Below are positions 19,292-28,146 of a stretch of 35,229 bases of DNA, in pieces. The stretch's first letter is position 1; every line of letters begins with the position of its first letter. The notes under the pieces are model-generated. The model was not told where the DNA came from. It was given only the letters and a program-made list of their open reading frames with translations, and searched no databases. The translations under genes and the position numbers were made by a program. The DNA comes from an uncultured Bacilli bacterium (lineage in GTDB: Bacteria; Bacillota_I; Bacilli_A; RF39; UBA660). The DNA lies in assembly GCA_944358165.1 (NCBI GenBank), contig CALVQS010000003.1, forward strand, positions 1-35,229. Direction: 5' to 3'.

Positions 19292-21592
19292 ATGGATACT
19301 CTTTTACCAGTAATGCTTCTTAAAGGTTTAATCTTACTTCCCAATCAAGAAGTTAAGATCGATTTAAATAATAGCTTGAGTAAAGAAATTGCTAAATTAG
19401 CTGTTAAAGATTATAATAGACAAGTGCTTGTAATCACTCCTCATAATCAAATTGAGGAATCACCAGAAGTAAATGATTTACCAGAAGTTGGTGTTATTGG
19501 TAAAATTAAAAGTCGAATTGAACTTCCGAGTGGAAATGTCAGGATTACTCTAAAAGGAATTACAAGAGTTAAGATCTTGTCTTTTCAAAATGATGCACAT
19601 AATGAGGATGTGTTGGAAGCTCTTATCACAAATATTTTACTTCCTAAATTTGATCCAGTTGAAGAAAAGGCTGTTATAAAGAAGTTAAATGAAATTACGA
19701 AAGAATATGTTGATTGTTCTAGTCATGTATCCAATAGTATTTTAAATAGTATTAAAGTAATTGATGATTTATCCTTGCTTACGGATACCATTTGTTCCTT
19801 TATTCCAATGGCTTTTCAAAAGAAACTTGCTTACGTTGAAGAAATTAATGCTATGTATCGGGCTCGTAATTTGTTAAAGGATATCAAGATAGAAATTGAA
19901 GTTTTAAAGTTAGATCAGAAAATAGAAAAAGAACTAGAAAATAGTTTGGAAGCTAGTCAAAAAGAATTTATTTTACGAGAAAAATTAAAGATATTAGAAC
20001 AAGAACTTGGCGATACTTCTGAAGATATAGTTCAAGAATATTTAGAACAACTAGAAAAATTACACTTGACAAAACCAGTTCATGATAAAATTTATCACGA
20101 AATTAAAAGATTAGAATATACCAATGATTTATCTCCAGAAAATGCAATGATTCGTAATTATTTGGAATGGATTTTAAATTTACCTTGGCATAAAGAAACC
20201 TTTGAAAATCATAATTTAGAAGATATTCGTAAAAAGTTAGATGAACATCATTATGGATTAGAAGAGATTAAGACAAGAATTTTAGAATATGTAGCTTTAA
20301 AAAATAATAATGAAGAACAGATTAGTCCAATTATTTGTTTAGTTGGCCCTCCTGGTGTTGGTAAAACGACGATTGCTAAAGAAATTGCTCATGCCTTAAA
20401 TCGAAAGTTTTATAAAATTAGTGTGGGAGGTTTAAATGATTCTTCCGAACTTATGGGACATAAAAGAACGTATATGGGTTCTAGTCCTGGTAAGATTATT
20501 CAAGGCTTAAAGAAATGTGGTAGCAAAAATCCCGTATTCTTAATTGATGAAGTAGATAAGCTTACGATTAATAGTAAAGATGATCCAACCGCGGTACTTT
20601 TAGATATTCTAGACCGTGAACAAAATTCTGAATTTATTGATAATTATATTGAAGAAGCTTTTGATTTATCTCATGTATTCTTTATTTTAACTGCCAATAA
20701 CGAAGAAAATATTCCTCTTGCTTTAAAAGATCGTTTGGAAATGATTTATTTATCAAGTTATACTAATTATGAAAAATTAGAGCTCGCTAAAAAATATTTG
20801 ATTCCTAGAATTTTAGAGGAAAACAAGATTAATAATAAAATTATTTCCATTAGTGATGATATGCTTTTGTATATGATTAGTGCTTATACTAGAGAAGCTG
20901 GAGTAAGAGATTTGTATCGTAATTTGGAAAAACTTATTCGAAAACTAGTTTTACTTGGAAAAATAAATGAAAGAACAAAAATTAGTAAAGTTCGTTTAAA
21001 AGAATATTTGGGTATTCCTAAATATGATTTGTTTGAAAATAAATGCCATGAGGAAATTGGTAAAGTAAATGGTTTGGGAGTTAGTCTTGGTGGTGGAAGT
21101 ATTATTCCAATTGAAGCTTGCGTTTTTGAGGGAAAAGGCGAATTTGTTATTACCGGTATGCTTGGTAAAGTAATGGAAGAATCTACTAAAGTTTCCTTAA
21201 GTTATATTAAAGCTCATCAAAAAACTTTTGGACTTCAAGATTTCTATTTTAATATTAAAGATCTACATTTGCATTTTTTAGAAGCAGCGATTAAGAAAGA
21301 TGGCCCTAGTGCTGGGGTTGCTATTACAACTAGTATTTTAAGCTTAATTTTAAATAAACAAGTTGCCAGCGATATTGCTTTTACTGGGGAAATTTCTTTA
21401 AATGGAGATATTCTTAAAGTAGGTGGCATTAAAGAGAAAATGATTGGTGCTTTTAATCACGGAATTAAGAAAGTGTATTTACCTTTAGCAAATGAACTTG
21501 ATTTAGAAGAAGTACCAAGTGATATTAAAGAGAATTTAGAAATTCATTTGATTCGAAATTATCAGGAAATATTTGAAGATTTATTTTTATAA
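19292..21592 (+). CDS. lon: ATP-dependent Lon protease
   Basis: Walker A GPPGVGKT, Walker B LIDEVDK, catalytic KDGPSAG and VGGIKEK. TAGACA-17-TATAAT promoter upstream; start ATG 19292. Confidence 0.96.
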   Translation: MDTLLPVMLLKGLILLPNQEVKIDLNNSLSKEIAKLAVKDYNRQVLVITPHNQIEESPEVNDLPEVGVIGKIKSRIELPSGNVRITLKGITRVKILSFQNDAHNEDVLEALITNILLPKFDPVEEKAVIKKLNEITKEYVDCSSHVSNSILNSIKVIDDLSLLTDTICSFIPMAFQKKLAYVEEINAMYRARNLLKDIKIEIEVLKLDQKIEKELENSLEASQKEFILREKLKILEQELGDTSEDIVQEYLEQLEKLHLTKPVHDKIYHEIKRLEYTNDLSPENAMIRNYLEWILNLPWHKETFENHNLEDIRKKLDEHHYGLEEIKTRILEYVALKNNNEEQISPIICLVGPPGVGKTTIAKEIAHALNRKFYKISVGGLNDSSELMGHKRTYMGSSPGKIIQGLKKCGSKNPVFLIDEVDKLTINSKDDPTAVLLDILDREQNSEFIDNYIEEAFDLSHVFFILTANNEENIPLALKDRLEMIYLSSYTNYEKLELAKKYLIPRILEENKINNKIISISDDMLLYMISAYTREAGVRDLYRNLEKLIRKLVLLGKINERTKISKVRLKEYLGIPKYDLFENKCHEEIGKVNGLGVSLGGGSIIPIEACVFEGKGEFVITGMLGKVMEESTKVSLSYIKAHQKTFGLQDFYFNIKDLHLHFLEAAIKKDGPSAGVAITTSILSLILNKQVASDIAFTGEISLNGDILKVGGIKEKMIGAFNHGIKKVYLPLANELDLEEVPSDIKENLEIHLIRNYQEIFEDLFL

Positions 21593-21654
21593 AATTATAC
21601 TAAATTTGGCGAATTTATAGATTTTTTTCGGTAATTTTAGTATAATTTTTTTAG

Positions 21655-23016
21655 GTGATTAAATTGAAAATAAAAGATATTTTAGGAATTAGTAATGCTA
21701 AACTTATTATGGGCAGTGATGAGGCAGTTTTAAAAAGCTTTTCAAAAGATACCAGAACCATTCAAGAAGGTGATGTATACGTTGCTATAAAAGGAGAGAA
21801 TTTTGATGGCAATTTATTTTATAAAGATGCTTTCTTGAATGGTGCTAGTACTTGCGTTTTAGAGCATATTGATTTTCATGAAGATATAAGAAATGAATTT
21901 CCTGATAAAAATATTATTTTAGTAGATGATTCCATTGATTTTCTGATGAGGGCAGCAAGTAAGAAAAGAGAAAGTATTAAAGCACCTGTCATAGCAATTA
22001 CTGGTAGTGTTGGTAAAACAAGTACCAAAGCACTTGTTGCCGATACTTTAGAGACGAAATACTCTGTTTTAAAGTCTATTAAAAATGAAAATGCTAATAT
22101 AGGAATGTCTCTTCGAATTCTTAATTATCAGAATGAAGAAATGGTTGTTTTAGAAATGGGTATGAATCACGCTGGAGAAATTCGGGAACTTACGAAGATT
22201 GCTCGCCCTAATGTTGCTGTCGTTACCAATGTAGGTACCAGTCATATTGGTAATTTAGGTAGTAGAGAAAATATTTTGAAAGCAAAATTGGAAATTTTGG
22301 AAGGGTTAGATGGGCCAGTTATTATTAATAATGATAATGATTTGTTACATGATTGGGCACTTAAAAAAGAATATCCTAATATTATTACTTTTGGTATTCA
22401 TGAAAATAGTAATTATCAAGCAAAAAATGTATCTTTTAGCTTATCTGGAAGTACTTATGAATTAAATGATGAGACGATTTTTATACCAGTTATTGGAGAT
22501 GCTTTTATTTATAATTCTTTAGTAGCATTTATTATTGGAGATTTATATGGGGTAGAACATGATAAGATTAAAGATGTTTTAAATCATTTGAAAACAGAAC
22601 CTCATCGTATGGAATTTATTCCTGCATGCGATTACACTATTATTGATGATGCTTATAATGCTAGCTATGATTCGGTTTTCTATGCTCTTGATGTTTTAGG
22701 CCATTTAAAGGGAAGAAAGATTGCTCTTTTAGGGGATATTTTAGAATTAGGAAGTTTTGGTGAAGAAATTCATCGTAATATTGGAAAGCTAGTAGCAAAT
22801 AAAAACATTGATATTTTAATTACTGTGGGTACTCTTGCTAAGTTTATTAATCTTGAAGCAGAACAAAATGGATTTATGAAAGAACATAGTTTTCATTTTG
22901 ATACAAATGAAGATGCTATTCATTTTCTTAAAGAAAATATTCAAAAAGATGATCTTGTTTTAGTAAAGGCCAGTCATAGTATGAATTTTGAGGAGATTGT
23001 AAGTGCCCTTCGATAA
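21655..23016 (+). CDS. murF: UDP-N-acetylmuramoyl-tripeptide--D-Ala-D-Ala ligase
   Basis: DTR, AITGSVGKTSTK, LEMGMNHAGEI, IDDAYNAS, LGDILELG and LVKASH. Confidence 0.93.
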   Translation: MIKLKIKDILGISNAKLIMGSDEAVLKSFSKDTRTIQEGDVYVAIKGENFDGNLFYKDAFLNGASTCVLEHIDFHEDIRNEFPDKNIILVDDSIDFLMRAASKKRESIKAPVIAITGSVGKTSTKALVADTLETKYSVLKSIKNENANIGMSLRILNYQNEEMVVLEMGMNHAGEIRELTKIARPNVAVVTNVGTSHIGNLGSRENILKAKLEILEGLDGPVIINNDNDLLHDWALKKEYPNIITFGIHENSNYQAKNVSFSLSGSTYELNDETIFIPVIGDAFIYNSLVAFIIGDLYGVEHDKIKDVLNHLKTEPHRMEFIPACDYTIIDDAYNASYDSVFYALDVLGHLKGRKIALLGDILELGSFGEEIHRNIGKLVANKNIDILITVGTLAKFINLEAEQNGFMKEHSFHFDTNEDAIHFLKENIQKDDLVLVKASHSMNFEEIVSALR

Positions 23017-24055
23017 AAAGTTTTCTACTCTTTTACTTGATTGGTATCGTGAAAATAAAAGAATGCTTCCTTGGAGAATGGATCAAAATCCATATCATGT
23101 GTGGATTTCAGAAGTGATGCTTCAACAAACAAGAATTGAAGCGGTTATTCCTTATTATGAGAGATTTATGGTGCGATTGCCAGATATTTCTAGTTTAGCA
23201 GAAGTAGATGAAGATGAACTACTCAAATTATGGGAAGGGCTTGGCTATTATAACCGAGCTCGTAATTTAAAAAAAGCTGCACAGATAATTCAAACTACTT
23301 ATCACGGGGTATTTCCCTCTACTTATGAGGAAATTTTAAAATTACCAGGGATTGGCGAGTATACTGCTAGCGCGATTGCCTCAATTTGTTTTCAGGAAAA
23401 AGAACCAACTGTTGATGGGAATGTTTTAAGAGTTTATACCCGATTAAGGGAAGATGAACGAAATATAGATTTAGCTCTTACTAAAAAAGAGATACGCATT
23501 GAAATTAAACATCTTATGATGAATGATGCTGGAGATTTTAATGAAGCATTTATGGAACTTGGTGAAGTAATTTGTTTACCTAATGGGGATGCAAAATGTG
23601 AGATTTGTCCTTTTAGTTCTATTTGCAAGTCTTACTGGCATCATTCTTGGATGAATTATCCAAAAAGACTTGAGAAAAAAGCTAAAAAAGAACTTGATTA
23701 TACGGTTTTATTATTTTCTTTTGAAAAGAAATGGGCAATTCGAAAAAGGGAAGATGGTCTTCTTAAAAATATGTGGGAATTTCCTAATATTTTAGGCAAA
23801 ATGAATTTGCATCAAGTGAATGATTTTTTAAAGAATCATGATGTTGCATTTTTAAGTGTTTTGAAAAGTATTTCTTATAAGCATGTATTTTCTCATCAAA
23901 TATGGCATATGCAAGCTTATGAAGTTATTTTAAGTGAACCATTATCTGCTTTTTTGTGGGTGACAGTGGAGGAATTAGAAGCAAAATATGCAATTCCTGG
24001 TGCTTTTCAAAGCTTTTTGAAAGAACTTAGAAATGTCGAAAATATAAAGAAATAA
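23003..24055 (+). CDS. mutY: A/G-specific adenine glycosylase
   Basis: SEVMLQQT, WEGLGYYNRARNL, HhH LPGIGEYTA, VDGNV and the Fe-S motif C-X7-C-X2-C-X5-C. Confidence 0.96.
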   Translation: MPFDKKFSTLLLDWYRENKRMLPWRMDQNPYHVWISEVMLQQTRIEAVIPYYERFMVRLPDISSLAEVDEDELLKLWEGLGYYNRARNLKKAAQIIQTTYHGVFPSTYEEILKLPGIGEYTASAIASICFQEKEPTVDGNVLRVYTRLREDERNIDLALTKKEIRIEIKHLMMNDAGDFNEAFMELGEVICLPNGDAKCEICPFSSICKSYWHHSWMNYPKRLEKKAKKELDYTVLLFSFEKKWAIRKREDGLLKNMWEFPNILGKMNLHQVNDFLKNHDVAFLSVLKSISYKHVFSHQIWHMQAYEVILSEPLSAFLWVTVEELEAKYAIPGAFQSFLKELRNVENIKK

Positions 24056-24073
24056 GCGTCGAATTTTGTCGAA
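24034..24073 (+). promoter_or_regulatory. Cluster of three Spo0A-box-like heptamers
   Basis: TGTCGAA 24034-24040, CGTCGAA 24057-24063 and TGTCGAA 24067-24073 (consensus TGNCGAA); the last two overlap the mutY terminator hairpin. Confidence 0.5.
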
Positions 24074-24082
24074 CGCTTTTTC

Positions 24083-24111
24083 TTGAATTTTTTAATAGAA
24101 CATATTACAAT
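24083..24111 (+). promoter_or_regulatory. Sigma-A-type promoter with no downstream CDS
   Basis: TTGAAT-17 bp-TACAAT. Confidence 0.6.
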
Positions 24112-24115
24112 AAAA

Positions 24116-24204
24116 GTGTAGTTCTGAAATGAAACCTACACTCCTATTAAGATTTAAAATATTAAAAATTTAGTTATTATTTATAAATTTCAGAACTACC
24201 TATT
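24116..24204 (+). ncRNA. Candidate ~90-nt small RNA
   Basis: Begins just after the promoter; perfect 13-bp inverted repeat GTAGTTCTGAAAT (24118-24130) / ATTTCAGAACTAC (24187-24199). Confidence 0.5.
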
Positions 24205-24303
24205 TTAACTATAAATAGCATATGATATTACTGTTGCGGCAACGGAAGCAATCATTGCTATTAACATACACCATGCAAATATTTTTCTTGCTTTTTTACT
24301 CAT
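24205..24303 (-). CDS. 32-aa membrane peptide (MSKKARKIFAWCMLIAMIASVAATVISYAIYS), DUF4044/Prli42-like; not in the ORF track
   Basis: GAGGA RBS, basic N-terminus plus one TM helix with an MLIAM pattern resembling Prli42/DUF4044 miniproteins. Confidence 0.7.
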   Translation of the reverse strand: MSKKARKIFAWCMLIAMIASVAATVISYAIYS

Positions 24304-24343
24304 ATTAAATCCTCATTTCTTTTTAATTCTCTATAATAATTTA

Positions 24344-24372
24344 TCATATTTTAAGCTTTTTTTCAATATAAT
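24344..24372 (+). promoter_or_regulatory. Sigma-E-like sporulation promoter
   Basis: TCATATT-14 bp-AATATAAT resembles the B. subtilis sigma-E consensus. Confidence 0.45.
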
Positions 24373-24387
24373 TTAATGGTGAAGGTT

Positions 24388-24954
24388 ATGAAACTGTGGA
24401 AAAAAGGCTTTATGATAGACAAAAAGCAGTTACGAGTAGGGTTTATTATATTATTGTTAGGAGTCTTTTTAGGCTTCTTATTTTATATTAAATTAGATTC
24501 TACTACTATATTAGAACAAATCAAAAATATTGATACCTATTTACAAGGTACGCATATTAATTTTATTTGGCTGCATATTCTTGTCTTATTCTTTCTTTTT
24601 AGTGTATCCTTTTCTTTTGTTTTCTTATTTTTCTTTGCTATTTATTTTATTTGGGAGATTGCTTGTGCTAGTTATGCTTGCTTTATTTTTATAGATGTAT
24701 TTGGATTTATGGGGCTTTTCTTTGGAATTTCTTATAATATTGTTATAAAGTTTGTATTTTTAATATTACTTCTTGTAATCTTTAAAAAATTATATTTTCT
24801 TCTTAAGAATCGTAATCATTCAGAATTAGGACAAATTATTCGAAAAACAAAGTTGGAAATTGCTTTCTTTTTCATTTTGATTTTGGTATATGATGTTTTC
24901 TTATATTTTATGGGTAGTGAAATTTTACTTAAGCTTACTTTTCTTGTTCAATAA
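24388..24954 (+). CDS. Polytopic membrane protein, possibly SpoIIM-like
   Basis: About five hydrophobic segments, size similar to SpoIIM, and a sigma-E-like promoter; no diagnostic motif recognised with certainty. Confidence 0.45.
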   Translation: MKLWKKGFMIDKKQLRVGFIILLLGVFLGFLFYIKLDSTTILEQIKNIDTYLQGTHINFIWLHILVLFFLFSVSFSFVFLFFFAIYFIWEIACASYACFIFIDVFGFMGLFFGISYNIVIKFVFLILLLVIFKKLYFLLKNRNHSELGQIIRKTKLEIAFFFILILVYDVFLYFMGSEILLKLTFLVQ

Positions 24955-24989
24955 TTTAGTTTGTGTTATAATGTTTATTGTGATGTATT

Positions 24990-26093
24990 ATGAAAAAAGT
25001 AATTGTTGGAATTAGTGGGGGAGTGGATTCGGCTGTAGCTGCTTATCTCCTTAAAAAAGAGGGGTATCAAGTAGAAGGACTTTTTATGAGAAATTGGGAT
25101 GCAGCGTTAAATAATGATTATTTAGGAAATCCTACTTTGAATGAAAATATTTGTCCTCAAGAACAGGATTATAATGATGCCAAAGTTGCTTGTGAAATCC
25201 TTGGGATTCCCCTTCATAGAGTTGATTTTATTAAAGAATATTGGGATTATGTGTTTACTTATTTTTTGGAAGAATTAAAAAAGGGGAGAACACCAAATCC
25301 GGATATGCTTTGCAATAAATTTATTAAGTTTGATTTGTTTAAGAAGGAAGCTTTTAAATTAGGTGCTGATTATATTGCTACTGGTCATTACGCAAAAGTA
25401 AAAGATGGAAGATTATATAAAGCCCGTGATTTAAATAAGGATCAAACCTATTTTTTAGCAGATATTACAAAAGAACAGCTTCTCAATGTTTTATTTCCTT
25501 TAGGAGAATACACCAAGCCAGAAGTTCGAGAGATTGCTTTAGAAATTGGTCTTAATGTTGCTAAAAAGAAGGATTCAACCGGTATTTGTTTTATTGGTGA
25601 AAGACATTATCAAGAATTTATTAAAAATTATTTAAAACCAAACCCTGGAGATATTGTGGATGTCGAAACTGGAAAAGTAATTGGTAAACATACAGGACTT
25701 ATGAATTATACTATTGGTCAAAGAAGAAATGTTGGTCTTAGTGGAGATGAGATGCGTCATTATGTGTGTGGTAAAAATGTTTCTAAAAATATTTTATATG
25801 TAGCTTTTGGTGATAGTGAATACTTATATAGTGATGCTTGTACTTTGGATTCTATTAATCTTTTAGGAAAGCTACCAGAAAAAATCCATGTTAAATTTCG
25901 TTACCGGGGTGAAGAAGTGGAAGCTAATGTTGTGAGTATAAGTGATGAGGAAATTAAAATATCTTATCCATCTAAAGCTAAAAGTGTTACTCCAGGACAA
26001 GCTTGTGTCTTTTATGATGGGGATGAATGCTTAGGCTGTGGCTTTATTAAAGATGTCTATAAAAATGGCGAAAAACTTTGGTATTTATCTTAA
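24990..26093 (+). CDS. mnmA: tRNA 2-thiouridylase
   Basis: SGGVDS PP-loop, TPNPDMLCN, IATGHY, KDQTYFL, KKDSTGICFIG, YTIGQR and TPGQA. Confidence 0.97.
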   Translation: MKKVIVGISGGVDSAVAAYLLKKEGYQVEGLFMRNWDAALNNDYLGNPTLNENICPQEQDYNDAKVACEILGIPLHRVDFIKEYWDYVFTYFLEELKKGRTPNPDMLCNKFIKFDLFKKEAFKLGADYIATGHYAKVKDGRLYKARDLNKDQTYFLADITKEQLLNVLFPLGEYTKPEVREIALEIGLNVAKKKDSTGICFIGERHYQEFIKNYLKPNPGDIVDVETGKVIGKHTGLMNYTIGQRRNVGLSGDEMRHYVCGKNVSKNILYVAFGDSEYLYSDACTLDSINLLGKLPEKIHVKFRYRGEEVEANVVSISDEEIKISYPSKAKSVTPGQACVFYDGDECLGCGFIKDVYKNGEKLWYLS

Positions 26094-26109
26094 TATTTTG
26101 AACATTTGC

Positions 26110-26139
26110 TTGACAGATAAGTGTTAAGTAATTTATAAT
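26110..26139 (+). promoter_or_regulatory. Consensus sigma-A promoter
   Basis: TTGACA-18 bp-TATAAT, with an AAGGAG RBS downstream. Confidence 0.75.
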
Positions 26140-26168
26140 TAAAGTGTAAAGTAAAAAGGAGAATCATT

Positions 26169-26945
26169 ATGAATAGTTTAAATGAATTATTACAGGAATT
26201 AGGAATTTCAAAAGTACGACTTGCTAAATATTTAAATGTTTCAAGACAAATGGTTTATAATTATTTAGAGTTAGAAGATTTGAATAAATGGCCAAAAGAA
26301 AAAAAGATTTTATTATTAAAGCTTCTTGATATTGAAGATGGTACGGATGAGGCAATTCGTGGAATTAAAATTACAACTGATTACTTAATGGCTGTAGAAA
26401 ATCGACTTAATCAAGGAGTTAAAAATACCAGTGATATGGATAATTATTTTGATATGAAAGGCTTAGATAAAGAAAGTCAAACTTTACTTGCTGATATCAA
26501 TTATTTATTAAAAGAAAAGTTACTTGATGAAAATAAAAAAGATGAAAATTTTTATGTGGTAAGTTATTTGTATCATATGTTGCAATCTATGGATAATGTT
26601 CCAGAAATTAAGTATATTTTGGGATATATGTCTAAGACTACAGGATTTATTAGTCCAGATGAATATGCTTTTAACGAAGATAAACAATTTATTTTTGAAG
26701 CAATTTTATATTCTGCTTTAACTTTATACAACAATGGGGGAGCAAGTAGAAGTAAATTAAAAGAAAGTCATAAGAGATTTGTTCAAGAAATTGAACAAAA
26801 AAATGAGGAAAAATTAAGTAGAACTCAACAACTAAATACGATAAAAATTCAAGCTTTAAGAGAGCTCGGATATGATCAAATGACAGAAGCAAATGCTGCA
26901 GAAGTGCTTGAAAAAATTGCGGAGATAGAAACGAGAAAAGTATAA
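26169..26945 (+). CDS. Protein with an N-terminal XRE/Cro-like HTH and an unknown helical C-terminus
   Basis: LGISKVRLAKYLNVSRQMVYNY HTH pattern. Confidence 0.7.
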   Translation: MNSLNELLQELGISKVRLAKYLNVSRQMVYNYLELEDLNKWPKEKKILLLKLLDIEDGTDEAIRGIKITTDYLMAVENRLNQGVKNTSDMDNYFDMKGLDKESQTLLADINYLLKEKLLDENKKDENFYVVSYLYHMLQSMDNVPEIKYILGYMSKTTGFISPDEYAFNEDKQFIFEAILYSALTLYNNGGASRSKLKESHKRFVQEIEQKNEEKLSRTQQLNTIKIQALRELGYDQMTEANAAEVLEKIAEIETRKV

Positions 26946-27748
26946 TGAATAAAAAGGTAGTATTTGGAGTAGGCATTTTAATCATTGTAGTCGTTGTATT
27001 ATTGGTTATTTTCTTAGGAGATAAGCATTTAGATATGACCAGCACGCAAGTTTCAACCCTATACTCTTATTTAGGAGAAGTTGATGTAAATCGTTGTGGT
27101 GGCCTAAATCAATATATTGGTGAAGAAGTCACTTATGATGACCTTTCTAATAACAATAAAATGTGTATTGCTTATTATGAGTTAAGTAATGATGAAAAAT
27201 CGAGTGATACTCACGAAGTTACTTCAACTAATGATAACGATTTAGATATTTGTGAAATAGGAGAGGGGATTCGTCTTGTAGCTAGTGAAGGGGAAGATAC
27301 TTGTAGTTTTGAAGTAATAGCTAAAGAAGATTTAGAGGATGCCTATCAAACAGTTTATGGTAATGAACTTCCAGAAGACGAAGAATTTTATATTGGTAGT
27401 AATATTGCTTGTTATTTAGAAGAAGATCAATATTATTGTGGAGAGGCAGAGACCTTTGTTCAGTCTTTAACTCCAGAAGCAACCGTATATCGTTTAATGG
27501 ATTCTGCAATCAAAAAGTTAAATGGTGATATTGTTATTTCTGATTACTATTTAAAAGTATCTGATAACAAGTGTTACCCATCAGGAACTTTTGAAGATGA
27601 AATTACGGCTTGTTCTGATGCTTTAGCTGATGATGCAAGTATTCAAATTGATGAGGATTTTGTTCGTGAATATGGTACTTTATACGAACATGTTTTTAAA
27701 GAAAATGCTGATGGTAGTTATTACTGGTATTCTAGTAATTTAAAATAA
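26945..27748 (+). CDS. Membrane-anchored extracellular acidic Cys-rich hypothetical protein
   Basis: N-terminal TM helix, D/E-rich body and 8 cysteines; start overlaps the HTH gene stop (TAATG). Confidence 0.75.
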   Translation: MNKKVVFGVGILIIVVVVLLVIFLGDKHLDMTSTQVSTLYSYLGEVDVNRCGGLNQYIGEEVTYDDLSNNNKMCIAYYELSNDEKSSDTHEVTSTNDNDLDICEIGEGIRLVASEGEDTCSFEVIAKEDLEDAYQTVYGNELPEDEEFYIGSNIACYLEEDQYYCGEAETFVQSLTPEATVYRLMDSAIKKLNGDIVISDYYLKVSDNKCYPSGTFEDEITACSDALADDASIQIDEDFVREYGTLYEHVFKENADGSYYWYSSNLK

Positions 27749-27776
27749 GAGCTTAAGAAAAATAAGTTCTTTTTTT
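27749..27776 (+). terminator. Intrinsic terminator
   Basis: GAGCTTA…TAAGTTC stem followed by a T-run. Confidence 0.65.
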
Positions 27777-27807
27777 GAAATTTAATTTCTAATATATAAT
27801 ATATATA

Positions 27808-27888
27808 TTATAACCTTATTTAATTATATTAATAAGGATATACGCGCGTGTGTTTTAACCTTTTTTAATTTATAAAATAAGGTTATAA
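27808..27888. repeat. Nested inverted and direct repeats around an ACGCGCGT core
   Basis: Perfect 14-bp IR TTATAACCTTATTT (27808-27821) / AAATAAGGTTATAA (27875-27888); two similar 28-bp dyads at 27811-27838 and 27856-27883. Confidence 0.75.
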
Positions 27889-28052
27889 ATTATTTTTTTA
27901 AATTCTTATAATGTTTTTAATTAAAAAATTATTTTATAATTTATATGATTTGAATTTGTTGCATTAAGTTGTGGTAAGCTTTGGATTTATCTTAAATGTA
28001 ATAAATTATGAGTTTTTTTATTTAAAATTCATTAATTTTTTCTAATTATTTT

Positions 28053-28080
28053 AGTTCGCTAAATATATATTATGTAAACT
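28053..28080 (+). other. dif: Chromosomal dif site (XerC/XerD recombination site)
   Basis: AGTTCGCTAAA-TATATA-TTATGTAAACT versus B. subtilis dif ACTTCCTAGAA-TATATA-TTATGTAAACT (recalled): the spacer and XerD arm are identical; lies in an intergenic region. Confidence 0.88.
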
Positions 28081-28146
28081 TGCTTCTAAAAAGTATTTTA
28101 AAGCATAATATTTGGTATTACGTTTTAGAATACTTTTTAAATTTTA

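Noticed and set aside
24115-24175. preQ1-I riboswitch-like hairpin (loop starting UUC)
   Set aside because: The A-rich tail does not directly follow the stem, and no queuosine gene lies downstream.
24118-24199. MITE interpretation of the 13-bp inverted repeat
   Set aside because: No target-site duplication and no second copy or transposase in the window; its position right after a promoter favours an RNA.
27786-27820. Possible second dif-like site in the TATATA run
   Set aside because: No TTATGTAAA XerD arm; consistent with low-complexity AT sequence.
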